Source: a virus
Length of the DNA stretch: 64,000 bases
IMG/VR virus record: IMGVR_UViG_3300045256_000282
Coordinates: 85,069 to 149,068 of that record
Direction: 5' to 3' (one strand)
Shown here: piece by piece, positions 19,095 to 29,792 of the stretch
Position numbering within the stretch: the stretch's first letter is position 1
Layout of the letters: each line of letters begins with the position of its first letter
Position numbers and translations under genes: made by a program
The notes under the pieces: generated by a model
What the model saw: only the letters and a program-made list of their open reading frames with translations
What the model was told of the DNA's origin: nothing
Databases searched by the model: none

Positions 19095-19516
19095 TGAAGA
19101 GTTTAATCTTAACAGGCCCATGCGTAAAGCTTTTTATAAACAATAAGCTTTATAAAGAAGTTCAGCAAGTTTCCTACTCGATCGACTACGGCGAGTACGA
19201 GATCTTTGGCATCGATTCGTCTTTTCCTCAAGAGATAGCGCCAGGAAGGTCTATGGTCAGAGGATCTATAACCGGCATCAGGATCAAGTACTCCGGGGGT
19301 ATTCAGGCCTACGATGCAAGGCCCCTTATAAGAAACCTTATCGCAGCTCCGTACATAAGCATACGCTTAAACGACAGGGCTAGTGGGGAAGATGTGTTGT
19401 TTGTTCAGAATGCGAAGATAACGAATCAAAAGGTCAGCATTGGTGCAAAAGGCACCGTAAAGCTGAGCTTTGATTTTTCAGGGCTGATAGCTTACGAACC
19501 CCTGGATAGGGCCTAA
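19094..19516 (+). CDS. Tail tube-like protein
   Basis: 140-aa beta-rich protein (EVQQVSYSIDYG...PQEIAPG...VRGSITG) with tube-fold character. Confidence 0.5.
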   Translation: MKSLILTGPCVKLFINNKLYKEVQQVSYSIDYGEYEIFGIDSSFPQEIAPGRSMVRGSITGIRIKYSGGIQAYDARPLIRNLIAAPYISIRLNDRASGEDVLFVQNAKITNQKVSIGAKGTVKLSFDFSGLIAYEPLDRA

Positions 19517-19884
19517 TCTTGTACGTCTGGAGTAAACTTCTTACCGCGAGTTCTATGGGGGCAAGAGTCACATTTCCTGTAATACCAGGTTTCTGCGATC
19601 TTGTAGTACTTAACCATGCGTAACTTACCTTCTTTACACTTAAAGCAAGTCCGATCTTTCCCGACTGGTTTGGTCAAGCATGGCTCTGGAAGGGTCATCT
19701 TTTCGTCTTTTGAATCGTACCGATCCAAACAACCTGGACACCAACCAGACTCAAGTCTGTTTAAGTTCTTGCGAATTCGTGATATTTCGGTCTTCAGCTT
19801 CTTGTTCTCGTGCGCTAACTTCTGGATTTTACTGAATTCTTTATCACCGCGACTGCCTTTTCCACCGTTCCAGCTCTTTGACAT
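19513..19884 (-). CDS. Small basic coiled-coil plus Zn-ribbon protein, antisense to the structural operon
   Basis: CPGC, CFKC and CDSC motifs; GAGG RBS; has its own promoter elements upstream. Confidence 0.7.
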   Translation of the reverse strand: MSKSWNGGKGSRGDKEFSKIQKLAHENKKLKTEISRIRKNLNRLESGWCPGCLDRYDSKDEKMTLPEPCLTKPVGKDRTCFKCKEGKLRMVKYYKIAETWYYRKCDSCPHRTRGKKFTPDVQD

Positions 19885-19911
19885 ATCTTTTTGTACCTCA
19901 AGTACCCTAAG

Positions 19912-19925
19912 TTCAAGATTGCGCT
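19912..19925 (-). promoter_or_regulatory. Putative late-promoter motif AGCGCAATCTTGAA (minus strand)
   Basis: 13/14 match to the 8200-8213 copy; core lies 28 nt upstream of the start at 19884. Confidence 0.55.
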
Positions 19926-19934
19926 GTCGTGATA

Positions 19935-19963
19935 ATGATATCGTAATAATGGGTCGTTTTCAA
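19935..19963 (-). promoter_or_regulatory. Sigma70-type promoter TTGAAA-N17-TATCAT
   Basis: -35 at 19963-19958, -10 at 19940-19935, 17-nt spacer, upstream of the Zn-ribbon gene. Confidence 0.65.
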
Positions 19964-19967
19964 CAGG

Positions 19968-19979
19968 ACCGAATCTTTA
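19968..19979 (+). promoter_or_regulatory. Putative late-promoter motif ACCGAATCTTTA
   Basis: Core at 19972-19979, 19 nt before ATG 19999. Confidence 0.65.
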
Positions 19980-19998
19980 TAGGTAGAAGGACTCTATC

Positions 19999-22752
19999 AT
20001 GGCAGTAAGGCGTAGACAGAATTGGGTATCCCAGCAACGAGTTGACGTTCCGCATATTCGGTCGTTAGAGTCTGCCGCGTCCAATGACTTTGACGAACTT
20101 TTAAAGGGTTTCGTCACCGGCTCTAGCGGTCTGATCCTCAGAGGGTTTGAGATCAACATGACGGGCGCTATCGGGGGCGCAGCCGCTGGATTACAGCTCA
20201 TCGTAGCCGATGGATGCATTTTTCATACCACATCAAACGAATCCGGTACGTTTTACGTAGTCCCATCCTCAACCTCACCTGAGGTGATGAACTCGACTAT
20301 CAACACCAGGGTTTCGGGGGCCTTTACTCCAAACGCTGTCAACTATGTGGGTATCGAGTATGAGCGCATAATCGACGACACGACTTCTGACCAGATCTAT
20401 ATCTGGGACCCAACCAATAAGAACGAGGTGACCAAGACCGTACCTCTAGCAAAGATCCTTCGCTATAAGATCGTAATCACGACAAGCGTTTGGGCTGCAA
20501 ACGTTCTTCCTATCGCAAAAGTTACAACCGATGTCGCTGGCAACGTCGTCGACGTTACTGACCAAAGAGCTATGCTCTTCAGGCTCGGAAGCGCCGGATA
20601 CTCGAACCCAAACCCAGCATACGTTTATCCTTGGACAAATCAATCTGAGGGCCGATCTGAGAATCCACCAACCTCCACCTCTAATTCTTTAAATCCTTTC
20701 CACGGTGGGGATAAGATGATCTTCAACTTGAAGGAGTGGATGGACGCCATCATGTCCTCCTTCAAAGAGATCAAGGGAACCACCTACTGGTACTCCGAAA
20801 ACTCTGGTGGGTCGCTAGTAGGATTAAGAGCAGACCTCGGGAACCTGGTATTTACTGGTAAGGGTAACATCTCTCACGATGCTACGACGGCTGGTAAGAT
20901 TAACTGGTCTCAGGACATCTACCTTAAATTTATCGGAAGCAGACTTTCCTACAAGATCGCTGCTAACACTTCTAGCTCAGACATCGTACTAGCTGATGAT
21001 CAGGTTGCTTACTTCAAGCTTATTCGCGAGCAAACTATCATACCAAACCTCATCTGGACCAACGCTTCGGCTATCGTAGCCTCTGTTGGCGCTGTTGCTT
21101 GGACAGGGCCACTCGTTGCCGGTGACTGGTTAAAGCTTGCAACAGACGACACTACCCAATATTACCAGATTCAATCAGTTGATTCTTTGAGCCAAATCAC
21201 ACTAACAGTTCCGTTTGGCGGATCTTCAACAGGACCATCTGGCGCTAAGTCTCAATATGCTTTTGGTGTTTATCAAACCGATCCAGCACCTTCTACCGAT
21301 CGCCACATCAAGATCGCAGCTAGAAAAGATGTTCCTTTTGATCAGAATAATTTCTGGATCATGGTTCGTGCAGATAACGGCGGAAGCACAGCTCGAGTTT
21401 ACGCACGGTTCATGGCTGCTGAGCTTGAACAAGGTGAGCGCCGCCAGATCAGCGACAACCAAACCGATAACATCTTAGACTACATAGGTTCTCCAGACGA
21501 AGTGTCGTATGAGCCGCTGTATTCAACTCTTTTAGGACCCCTAGTTTCCGAGTCTACCGATATCGTGGTACCGAACGCCGTTTCTATCACAAGCGGCCAG
21601 TATTTTACTATCAATTCTGCAAACGACGCGACCAGTTATTACGTTTGGTTTAACCGTGATGGAGCTGGTGGCGACCCCCTTGTTGTCGGAAAAACCCCTA
21701 TTTCTGTAGCTATTTCTACTGGAGATTCGGCAAGTACGGTTGCTTCCGCTCTTGCGTCTTCACTTAACGCTCTTTCTGATTTTAGTGCATCTGCAGTAGG
21801 AAGCACCGTAACAGTTACCAATACGACCGTTGGACCATGTACTGATGCAGCTAACTTTAACGTTGGCGGAGCTTTCTCTATCACAGTAACCACCCAAGGT
21901 ACTGGTCAGGCAAATCATTACATTATAGATACGGAAAACCTGACTCTTTCCATCAAGAGACTTGATCGAGCAATTTTTGCAAATGCTGCAGATACAGATC
22001 CTAAAGCTTACGAAGAAGCCTACGATGTAATTGCCCCTATAACTGCAGGGACCAACATCACTATCCCCGTAGACTCTCGTTCAGGCGGATCAGTTAAGAC
22101 CTATACGGTTGGCAAGGGACAACTTGCTGTTTTCTTAAACGGCCAATACCTTAGGTTGAACGACGACTTCTCTGAAGTTGGTTCTTCTGGCACCCAAAGC
22201 AACACGATACAAACATTAATAAATCTTGTTGCTGGAGATGTGCTTGAATTTAGGCTGATCAAGAACGGTTCTGGTGGAAGCGGCGGTGGAGGTGGTAGCG
22301 GAGAATCCAACACTGCTTCTAACCTTGGTAGCGGGGCAAGTGTATTTAAACAAAAAGTCGGTGTAGATCTTCAGTTCAGACGCATCAACGCCGGAGCTGG
22401 CGTTGTGGTTACTCAGAACGCAAACGATATCACGATCACTTCAACTCCGGTTGCGGCTAGCGATAACGTTGTTGTTGTAAGTGGAACCAACTATACAGCT
22501 ACCGTTGCGAACGACGCAATCTTGATCTCTGCTTCTGGAAGTAACAGAAACGTTGTGCTCCCAAGCGCTATTGGGAACTCTGGTAAGAGGATCAAGATCA
22601 AGATGCTTGATTCTGGTTTCCAGATTCTTATTAAGACCGTACTGAACCAGACGATTGACGGAGTTGACTGTACCGTATCGTCACTGAACATCGCTACTCA
22701 GTACGAGGTTGTTGAAGTGATCAGCGATGGCGCAAATTGGTGGATCGTATAA
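19999..22752 (+). CDS. Multidomain tail/baseplate-attached fibre or adaptor protein
   Basis: Ser/Thr/Gly-rich with a poly-Gly linker; shares a ~95-aa module with the J protein and a VFLNG module with the 108-aa protein. Confidence 0.6.
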   Translation: MAVRRRQNWVSQQRVDVPHIRSLESAASNDFDELLKGFVTGSSGLILRGFEINMTGAIGGAAAGLQLIVADGCIFHTTSNESGTFYVVPSSTSPEVMNSTINTRVSGAFTPNAVNYVGIEYERIIDDTTSDQIYIWDPTNKNEVTKTVPLAKILRYKIVITTSVWAANVLPIAKVTTDVAGNVVDVTDQRAMLFRLGSAGYSNPNPAYVYPWTNQSEGRSENPPTSTSNSLNPFHGGDKMIFNLKEWMDAIMSSFKEIKGTTYWYSENSGGSLVGLRADLGNLVFTGKGNISHDATTAGKINWSQDIYLKFIGSRLSYKIAANTSSSDIVLADDQVAYFKLIREQTIIPNLIWTNASAIVASVGAVAWTGPLVAGDWLKLATDDTTQYYQIQSVDSLSQITLTVPFGGSSTGPSGAKSQYAFGVYQTDPAPSTDRHIKIAARKDVPFDQNNFWIMVRADNGGSTARVYARFMAAELEQGERRQISDNQTDNILDYIGSPDEVSYEPLYSTLLGPLVSESTDIVVPNAVSITSGQYFTINSANDATSYYVWFNRDGAGGDPLVVGKTPISVAISTGDSASTVASALASSLNALSDFSASAVGSTVTVTNTTVGPCTDAANFNVGGAFSITVTTQGTGQANHYIIDTENLTLSIKRLDRAIFANAADTDPKAYEEAYDVIAPITAGTNITIPVDSRSGGSVKTYTVGKGQLAVFLNGQYLRLNDDFSEVGSSGTQSNTIQTLINLVAGDVLEFRLIKNGSGGSGGGGGSGESNTASNLGSGASVFKQKVGVDLQFRRINAGAGVVVTQNANDITITSTPVAASDNVVVVSGTNYTATVANDAILISASGSNRNVVLPSAIGNSGKRIKIKMLDSGFQILIKTVLNQTIDGVDCTVSSLNIATQYEVVEVISDGANWWIV

Positions 22753-22753
22753 T

Positions 22754-23203
22754 ATGAGCTATAGACCATACGCAGCAATCATCGCAGAAGCATCTTCCTC
22801 AGCGTCGGGAATCAAGTTTGATCTTAAGAACGACAGCGGCTCGGCCATCTCTGCCCTTCAACCAGTATCAACCGACGTTTTTGGTAAGGCAAAGGCCGTA
22901 GACGTTTCCGTAGAGTCAGATGCTTTGAAGGTCGTAGGCATAGCTGGTTCCAGCATCCCCAACGGTAGTTATGGCAGCATCTATAGCCATGGCAAGGTAG
23001 AGAACATCACCACTTCCTATGATTTTGGGGATTATATATACGTGTCAAAAACAGGCGGACTGACCAACATCCTACCTTCCGAAGGCGTAGACGGGTTTGT
23101 GTCTGGTGATTTTATAATCAGGGTAGGGATAATCGTTAGAAATCGAGTTACCCCTAGCCAAAAAGATTTAGTGATCAACATAGGCATAATCGGACAGGTG
23201 TAA
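22754..23203 (+). CDS. Capsid decoration/cement-like (DUF2190-type) protein
   Basis: Start at ATG 22754, right after the upstream stop. 'VVGIA...G...G...GDYIYVS..GGLT...P' pattern, also seen at the C-terminus of the 571-aa protein. Confidence 0.5.
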   Translation: MSYRPYAAIIAEASSSASGIKFDLKNDSGSAISALQPVSTDVFGKAKAVDVSVESDALKVVGIAGSSIPNGSYGSIYSHGKVENITTSYDFGDYIYVSKTGGLTNILPSEGVDGFVSGDFIIRVGIIVRNRVTPSQKDLVINIGIIGQV

Positions 23204-23206
23204 GTT

Positions 23207-23404
23207 ATGGAAAGAATTAGGAAAGTTGACGTAGAAAAGCTTTCAGATCAAGACCTCAAGAACGTTGAGGACATGATTTCTAAGAAGATGAAAGAGATCA
23301 CAGAGAAAGCGATTGTTGAAGCAAATCGCTATCTTAACGTGTACGGCTATGAGGCGATCATGGCAATTCAGTTCAAACCCAAAGAAGAGGAATCTTTAGA
23401 GTAA
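23207..23404 (+). CDS. Hypothetical 65-aa helical protein
   Basis: Co-oriented ORF filling the gap; charged and helical. Confidence 0.6.
   Translation: MERIRKVDVEKLSDQDLKNVEDMISKKMKEITEKAIVEANRYLNVYGYEAIMAIQFKPKEEESLE
23391..23398 (+). promoter_or_regulatory. Putative late-promoter motif AATCTTTA
   Basis: 31 nt before ATG 23430, which has a strong AGGAG RBS. Confidence 0.55.
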
Positions 23405-23429
23405 GGTCCAAAGGACATAGGAGATAAAA

Positions 23430-25145
23430 ATGGCCGACATTAGCAAACTATCAAGATTATTTAACGGGGTCGCAAGGCAGGTTGACCTGTCCCTTAACAC
23501 CCTGGTTGTGGACAACCTCAAGGTAAAGCTGGGCGGTTCAAGCCAGTTTACCTTCTCGGGATCGCTTACGGCTGGCCGTACGATCACGATGCCTGACGCC
23601 GACGTTAATCTAGGCTATATTGCAGCTCTAGTCACCCTGTCCGGGGTTTCTGGCGGGGCAACGGATCTTGGTACCTTTACCGGAACTACGATCTCTGACA
23701 ACCGTACGATCAAGCAAGCTCTTCAAGACCTTGAAACCTATGTCGAAACCGTAAGTGCTAATAACGAGTTTCTTGATAGCCTTTTCAGGATCAAGGACAA
23801 CTCTGACCCATCTAAGAAGATCGCCTTCGAAGCTTCCGGCATCTCCACCGGAACTGTTCGTACAATCACGATGCCTGATGCTGACGTTAACTTGGCAGAT
23901 GCTAATAATGCCATCTTAAAGAACGGCACTCGCTCGTTTACTGCCGACCAGTCGATGGGCGGAAACAAGCTGACCAACTTGGCAGATCCTATCTCCTCTC
24001 AAGATGCTGTCACCTTGGCCTACATGAATGCTCGCTTGAACGGCCTCACTCCTAAGGCACCTGTTCGAGCTGCAACTACCGCAAACATCACGCTAAGCGG
24101 CGCTCAAACGATCGACACCGTGTCTATTGTTGCTGGTAACCGCGTTCTCGTTAAGAACCAGACGTTGCCAGAACAAAACGGTATCTACGTGGCTGCAGCC
24201 GGAGCATGGTCTCGCGCTGCCGATATGGACTCCCTTACCCCGTTTGATGAGTTCAACGGAGCGTGGACGGCTGTTCAAGAAGGTAGCCAGGCTGGCCAAG
24301 TTTATGTTCAGTACGGAACCGTTGCTACGGTTGGAACAGACCCCGTAACCTGGGCGTTCTACAATCCGATCGCAGGCCTTATCGGCGGTGATATGATCAC
24401 CTTCGCAGGATCGACCTTCTCGGTTGACCTTGCTACTGTTTCAGGTCTCGAGTCTAGCAACCCAGGAAACGTTGCGGGTCAGCTCCGAGTTAAGCTCGAA
24501 GCCTCTAACCCAAGCTTGCGCATCACCGGCTCTAACGAGCTTGCTGCGAAGCTTGACGCGGCTGGTGCTATCACTAGCGGATCTGGTGGATTGATCGTCG
24601 GAACCGATGGCTCTACTACCGAGATCGCTTCTAACCAAGTCCGAGTAAAAGACGCGGGTATTACGGCTGCTAAGCTCAACACGAACGTTGCTGACCAATC
24701 AACCATCACTGGCGGCGCTGGATCTGCTCTTGCAGTTCAAAATGCTCCGTTGGTTCGCAAGAGCATGGTTGCTGGCGAAGCTTTTGCTGCCAACACCTCG
24801 TTCCTCGTTCGTATGGCGGTCAGCGGTGAAACTGCTGGACGCGTTTACAAGGCTGATAAGGACGCCTCTGTTACTGATAAGTTTTACGTTGTCGGAGTTG
24901 CCCTTTCAACCTCAGCAGTATCGGCTGGACAAAGCATCACTGTTGTCAGCTTGGGTACCAGCGTGCTAGGATCTAGTGACACCCCGTTCGTGTCAGGAGA
25001 TGTTGGCAAGGCAGTATTCTTGACTAGTTCGGGCGCTTTTTCGACGACCGCTCCTTCGGCAGCCAACGAAGCTGTTGCGCGAGTTGGTATCGTTGAAAAC
25101 ACGGATCGTATCTGGGTACAACCTGGGGTGGTCGGAGTTAATTAA
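23430..25145 (+). CDS. Fibre protein (possible head fibre)
   Basis: Duplicated RTITMPDADVNL; neck-like motif NKLTNLADP..QDAVT; common fibre domain VRAATTANITLSG...RVLVKNQT...NGIYV; decoration-like C-terminus. Confidence 0.65.
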   Translation: MADISKLSRLFNGVARQVDLSLNTLVVDNLKVKLGGSSQFTFSGSLTAGRTITMPDADVNLGYIAALVTLSGVSGGATDLGTFTGTTISDNRTIKQALQDLETYVETVSANNEFLDSLFRIKDNSDPSKKIAFEASGISTGTVRTITMPDADVNLADANNAILKNGTRSFTADQSMGGNKLTNLADPISSQDAVTLAYMNARLNGLTPKAPVRAATTANITLSGAQTIDTVSIVAGNRVLVKNQTLPEQNGIYVAAAGAWSRAADMDSLTPFDEFNGAWTAVQEGSQAGQVYVQYGTVATVGTDPVTWAFYNPIAGLIGGDMITFAGSTFSVDLATVSGLESSNPGNVAGQLRVKLEASNPSLRITGSNELAAKLDAAGAITSGSGGLIVGTDGSTTEIASNQVRVKDAGITAAKLNTNVADQSTITGGAGSALAVQNAPLVRKSMVAGEAFAANTSFLVRMAVSGETAGRVYKADKDASVTDKFYVVGVALSTSAVSAGQSITVVSLGTSVLGSSDTPFVSGDVGKAVFLTSSGAFSTTAPSAANEAVARVGIVENTDRIWVQPGVVGVN

Positions 25146-25471
25146 TGGCTAAGTTCACGAGGATCGTTAATGGAGTTTTGAGGTCTTTTGACGAGTCGGG
25201 TACCCCGACCGTCTACCTCCAACCTATTGACATCGTATCGTCAGGGGCTGGTGCAAACCAGCTCAACGGTCCCGTGACGGCTGGTACTAACGTTACCTTG
25301 CCATCAAGCGGAACGTATAGCGGAGACGAGTTGATCGTAACGCTCAACGGCTCGTACTTAGACCCTGTTTTTGACTACAACTACGTGGGATCGGGAACCA
25401 GAACGCAAGTTTCTTTCACCTTTGACTTGGTAGTTGGTGATAGAATAGACTTCAAGAAGTATAGGAACTAA
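25145..25471 (+). CDS. Small virion adaptor protein (VxLNG...DY module)
   Basis: Paralogous to an internal module of the 917-aa protein. Confidence 0.55.
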   Translation: MAKFTRIVNGVLRSFDESGTPTVYLQPIDIVSSGAGANQLNGPVTAGTNVTLPSSGTYSGDELIVTLNGSYLDPVFDYNYVGSGTRTQVSFTFDLVVGDRIDFKKYRN

Positions 25472-25473
25472 TC

Positions 25474-28400
25474 ATGCCGAATATCTTTGACTTACGTCAG
25501 ACACAGCAACGCTCAAGCCTCCCCTTCATCACTGGAGCTGCAAACAGCCTCGGTAATGCGATCGTTTCGGCAATTGACGCTGAGTTGGCGAAACTTTTTG
25601 AAGATCGTAACGTTCTTTTGACCCAAGGTGGTTTGATCACCTACACGGGTACCCAGATCCAGTTTGGTGAAGCGCTTAAGCTTGAGATCAATTCTAAGGT
25701 GGCTGGCGGCTCTCCCGTAATCATCGACCTTGGATCGACCACTCGTACGGTCTCTGCTTCTGGCCGAATGGTTTATGCTGTTATTAATCGTACCGCTGGA
25801 ACCGCTACGGTTACGGACGATGCAACAACCCTCCCTGCAGTAACTAACGCTAACCAAGAGGTGTTCTTGATCGCTAAGCGACAAGATGCTGCCGATGGTA
25901 CTAAGCGCGTTTATTTCCGAACCGGAGCTGCTTTCAACGAAGGCCAAACCGCTCGATTGGGCTCGGCTGGTAGCGGCTCGGGAACTGGTGGTGCTGGTGA
26001 CGACATTAACACTCTCCGCTTCAAAGCTTCTTTCTCAGACGATTTCTCTGACAGCCCAACCTCTTCGACCAGCGCAGTCAACAACACCCTTACTACGGGT
26101 GTTTATAGCGCTGCAGGTGCCGCTTACCGCTTAAGCTACGATGCTTCTAAGACCGTAACTGGTACCGGAACTAGCATGACCTTGTCTGCCACTCCAACCT
26201 ACACGGTAGCCCCAGGGGATATCCTTGTGGTTGGTACGGAAGCTCGCCGAATTACTGTGGTAGCAACACAAACTTCTTACACGATTGAAGCCGCTTTTAG
26301 CGCTAACCCTTCGGCTGCTGCGGCTTGCGTTTCTCAGGCTGTTCACACTAACGACATCAGAGCGCATACCGAGAACAGTACTGGCCTTGCGATGAACGCA
26401 CTCATCTCAGACGCAGTAAGCACCTTCATGCTACGCTACAGAGATAGCGCCGCTAACAACGACTTTGTTTGGGATTATCCAGGCGCAGCCCTTATCGCCG
26501 CAAGCTCTTCCGCTGATAACGCTAACTGGAGCGCTCCCTACACTCGCACCACTACTCTTGGAACTACTGAGCCAATTCGTTCAGTACCAGTTTCTGGTTC
26601 ACAGTTCCGTACGCGATTCTTCGCAAACGCTACGAGCGGAAGTGGCGCTGTAAACATCCTCGATTATAAGGCCTATCTTCACGAAGATTCTGGCACGACT
26701 TCAGGCACCACGATGGATCAGGCTTACGGCCTCACCTCTGGAGCCGGAACTCCGATCAACTGCTCGATCAGCTCCTCGACTGGAAAAACTCGTATCACGA
26801 CCACATGGGCGTACGCTACAGGCGTAAACCCAGGAACTCAGCAAGGTCAACTTGACGTTTACCTAGACGGAAAACTCCTCCCAAGATTTATCAACGCAAC
26901 CCAAACCCCAGATGCTTACTATACGGAGATCTCAGCTCAAGTTATCGAGCTTGATCAGGACTATAGTGGCGCAGGTATTGAAATTGATATCAAGAAACGC
27001 GTAAGCGCGGTAGATACGACCTCACAGAACAGCACGAACCTTGGCTACCTGCAAGACATGTCTAAGGTTGGTTTTCAAGGCTTCGTTGATGAAAGCTCTT
27101 TGCTTTCTCCGATCACTGGTGCTCCTTCCTCATCTCAGTTCAGAACATTTGGTATCGTAAACAGAGCCTCTATCCCCAATCTTTCAAATGACCTCCGTGC
27201 CCGTATGGGTATCGATCGTATTCAAGTTCAGCAAGCGGTTGAGCTTCAAAACGAAGTTGGCCCCAACGGCGAGAAAATCTTTGGAGCTTTGAACGACGAT
27301 AGAAACTTGATTCGTTTTGTCGGAAATTGGAAAAACTTAACAAATACTTTTGGTAGCGTCGTAAACCCTTCTGCTGTAGGTGATTACATCGAAGTAGTTT
27401 TCTATGGCACAGGCTTGAACATGCTTGTGGGTTTTGTAAATGAAACACAAGATATCAGAGTCATAGTAGATGGCGGATCTGAAGGATCAAACATCTGGCC
27501 AAATGGGTCTACTCTTTTAAACGGTAGAAATTATAGCCAGAATGCTGTTCTTTCGATTGCTTCAGGATTGTCTCAAGGATTGCATACCGTGAGGATCAGG
27601 CAGGCAAACTTAGGAAGTTCCGGCGTTTACCTGACTGGTTTTGAGATTCTAAACGAATCTTCAACCATCAACGTCCGCCCTGGTACGTCTTATCAAAACG
27701 GCAAAAAGCTTGTTCTCTCTTCTGCTCAAAGTCTTGCATACAACTCAAGTTTTGAATCAATCCTTAGAGACGGCTCTTTGGTTGGATCACTTTCGACCAG
27801 GGGTGCTCACGTTGTTGTTTATCAGAAATCGGACGGTACGGTAGCTAAAGCAGCTATCGAAACCAACAGTTCTGCTGCGTATATAACCTCTGCTGATCAT
27901 ACAAACGAAGAAGTTGCTAGAACCTATTATCCTAGAGAATTTGGCGCAGGAAGATCTGATGACTTTAGCACCCTTTTAAGCTCAGGGAGCACCAGAGCGT
28001 TTACTCTGGACGATGGTACTACAGCTCTTGCTTGCCAAAACTACGCCTTAAACAACGTTGGCGGTTTGGGAGACGGATTGATTGTGGGCTCTGGTGCGGG
28101 TGACTTTGTTACCTTCACGTTTGTTGGAACTGGTTTAGACATCACTAACGTGAGAAACGCTACCTCAAACTCTTCTTATACGATTACAGTTGATGGAACA
28201 AACGTACTGACAGCCTCCGTTTTTGGTGGTTCTGGTTTTAATAACGTCCTAAAGATAGCTTCGGGACTTCCTTACGGCACACACACTGTCAAGATCAACA
28301 TGACCACCAACGGCGGTGTTGCTCTTGCTATTGGTAAGTTCATTGTTTATCAACCCAAGAAACCTTCCATTCCTGCAGGTGCAGTTGAACTAGCAGATTA

Positions 28401-29388
28401 CAACGTCATGGCTGATTTTATAGCTAACACTACGGTCGGCGTTGACACGATCTCTACGGGAATATTAAGAAAAAACTGTACGAGAGAGGGTGTTTATTTT
28501 GGAACTGGATGGACCCTCGGACTTGGACCAATCAACAACTCCGGCGGTTTTTCTTCTGGCGGAACTACTGTAACATCTGGCGCATACATCGAGTACACCT
28601 TCTTCGGAACTGGTTTTGATTTCAGAGGTTTCGGTGGCGTTGGATATACTACAAATACTCAAGTTACGCTTAACGGTTTGAATGCGACAACCACCAACTT
28701 CCCAAGCTTGGTCTCTAGCGCGATCTCTCCGTTTACTTTCACAGCATCTACGGGTGTTTTAACACAAAACGGAGCCAACACGGCTGGAGCTGGTTTCAGG
28801 ATCTCTGGGCTGCCTTTGGCAAAATACACTGTTAGATTTACGAACAACGCTAACGCAACGTACCTGGATATGTCAAACATTGACGTTATTACTCCTATCC
28901 ACTCGGTTAAGTCTAACTTCCAAGCTGACCTTCAGAACACTCTTCCTGTCGGAAGCTGTGCTTTGAGCGATAACCGTAGGTTGAGCGCTGTGAAGAGCGA
29001 AGATCCTGCAAAAGCGACCATACAGGCAATCGGTATCAGCTCTGTCTCAACAACTTCAACGGTCCCGGTACCTATTCCAGACGCAACCTGCGTAGTCAGG
29101 ACTACAAAACCACTCTCGTACATAGAAGTGTGGTTTACTGGATCTGCTACGAACACTTCGAACGGGAACTTTGTTCAAGGCGTAATATACGTGGACAATT
29201 TACCAGTAGCTGTTCCAAGTACAGCCTATCCATTGAGCGGAAACGGGGATGCGATAGTTTGTCACGCTATTGTACCTGTTGGTGCGGGAACACACACCAT
29301 AACGACCTATTGGAAAGTTAGTGCGGGAACCGGAAGTTTTCAATCAAATTCTGGTGAAAACCGCATCTTAACGGTACGAGAGCTATAA
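25474..29388 (+). CDS. Receptor-binding/tail fibre protein, paralogue 1 (1304 aa)
   Basis: Three FxGTG...(V/L)(D/N)G...GL...(H/Y)TV beta-sandwich modules plus a C-terminal beta-sandwich tip; paralogous to the next two large genes. Confidence 0.7.
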   Translation: MPNIFDLRQTQQRSSLPFITGAANSLGNAIVSAIDAELAKLFEDRNVLLTQGGLITYTGTQIQFGEALKLEINSKVAGGSPVIIDLGSTTRTVSASGRMVYAVINRTAGTATVTDDATTLPAVTNANQEVFLIAKRQDAADGTKRVYFRTGAAFNEGQTARLGSAGSGSGTGGAGDDINTLRFKASFSDDFSDSPTSSTSAVNNTLTTGVYSAAGAAYRLSYDASKTVTGTGTSMTLSATPTYTVAPGDILVVGTEARRITVVATQTSYTIEAAFSANPSAAAACVSQAVHTNDIRAHTENSTGLAMNALISDAVSTFMLRYRDSAANNDFVWDYPGAALIAASSSADNANWSAPYTRTTTLGTTEPIRSVPVSGSQFRTRFFANATSGSGAVNILDYKAYLHEDSGTTSGTTMDQAYGLTSGAGTPINCSISSSTGKTRITTTWAYATGVNPGTQQGQLDVYLDGKLLPRFINATQTPDAYYTEISAQVIELDQDYSGAGIEIDIKKRVSAVDTTSQNSTNLGYLQDMSKVGFQGFVDESSLLSPITGAPSSSQFRTFGIVNRASIPNLSNDLRARMGIDRIQVQQAVELQNEVGPNGEKIFGALNDDRNLIRFVGNWKNLTNTFGSVVNPSAVGDYIEVVFYGTGLNMLVGFVNETQDIRVIVDGGSEGSNIWPNGSTLLNGRNYSQNAVLSIASGLSQGLHTVRIRQANLGSSGVYLTGFEILNESSTINVRPGTSYQNGKKLVLSSAQSLAYNSSFESILRDGSLVGSLSTRGAHVVVYQKSDGTVAKAAIETNSSAAYITSADHTNEEVARTYYPREFGAGRSDDFSTLLSSGSTRAFTLDDGTTALACQNYALNNVGGLGDGLIVGSGAGDFVTFTFVGTGLDITNVRNATSNSSYTITVDGTNVLTASVFGGSGFNNVLKIASGLPYGTHTVKINMTTNGGVALAIGKFIVYQPKKPSIPAGAVELADYNVMADFIANTTVGVDTISTGILRKNCTREGVYFGTGWTLGLGPINNSGGFSSGGTTVTSGAYIEYTFFGTGFDFRGFGGVGYTTNTQVTLNGLNATTTNFPSLVSSAISPFTFTASTGVLTQNGANTAGAGFRISGLPLAKYTVRFTNNANATYLDMSNIDVITPIHSVKSNFQADLQNTLPVGSCALSDNRRLSAVKSEDPAKATIQAIGISSVSTTSTVPVPIPDATCVVRTTKPLSYIEVWFTGSATNTSNGNFVQGVIYVDNLPVAVPSTAYPLSGNGDAIVCHAIVPVGAGTHTITTYWKVSAGTGSFQSNSGENRILTVREL

Positions 29389-29456
29389 TTGATGATAAGT
29401 TCTGTTGTAAGATGTTTATAAGTTCCCATAAAAGGGATTAACAAGGAGAAACGAAG

Positions 29457-29792
29457 ATGGTAAAGTACACAAAAGAATTAGAATGGAAACAGCATATGGT
29501 CGATCTCGAAGCTTTTGAAGCTTGGGCTAAGGCTAACTGCGGCGCAGACTACTGCGGCAACTCTGCCGACGCCAAGCTGCGTTTGCACTTTCTTGAGCAA
29601 CCTAGTCAAGCAATTGAGGACGCTATCGACTCTAAGTGGGAAGACTTAGACGACGAAGAACATCCTATGTGCGTATCTTATAAGTCTGAAGAAGAACGTA
29701 AGGTAGAGGCTCAAGCTAAAAAAGCCAGTGCTATTAGCAAGTTGGCCGCTTTAGGTCTATCGCAAGACGAACTTAAGGCTATTTTAGGGTAA
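29457..29792 (+). CDS. Putative fibre assembly chaperone-like protein
   Basis: Acidic 111-aa protein after a fibre gene, AAGGAG RBS, ending KASAISKLAALGLSQDELKAILG. Confidence 0.5.
   Translation: MVKYTKELEWKQHMVDLEAFEAWAKANCGADYCGNSADAKLRLHFLEQPSQAIEDAIDSKWEDLDDEEHPMCVSYKSEEERKVEAQAKKASAISKLAALGLSQDELKAILG

Noticed and set aside
5190-22756. TATAAT immediately before ATG at 5190 and 22748 as -10 boxes
   Set aside because: Zero spacing to the start codon and no -35; explained by coding and stop-start junction sequence.
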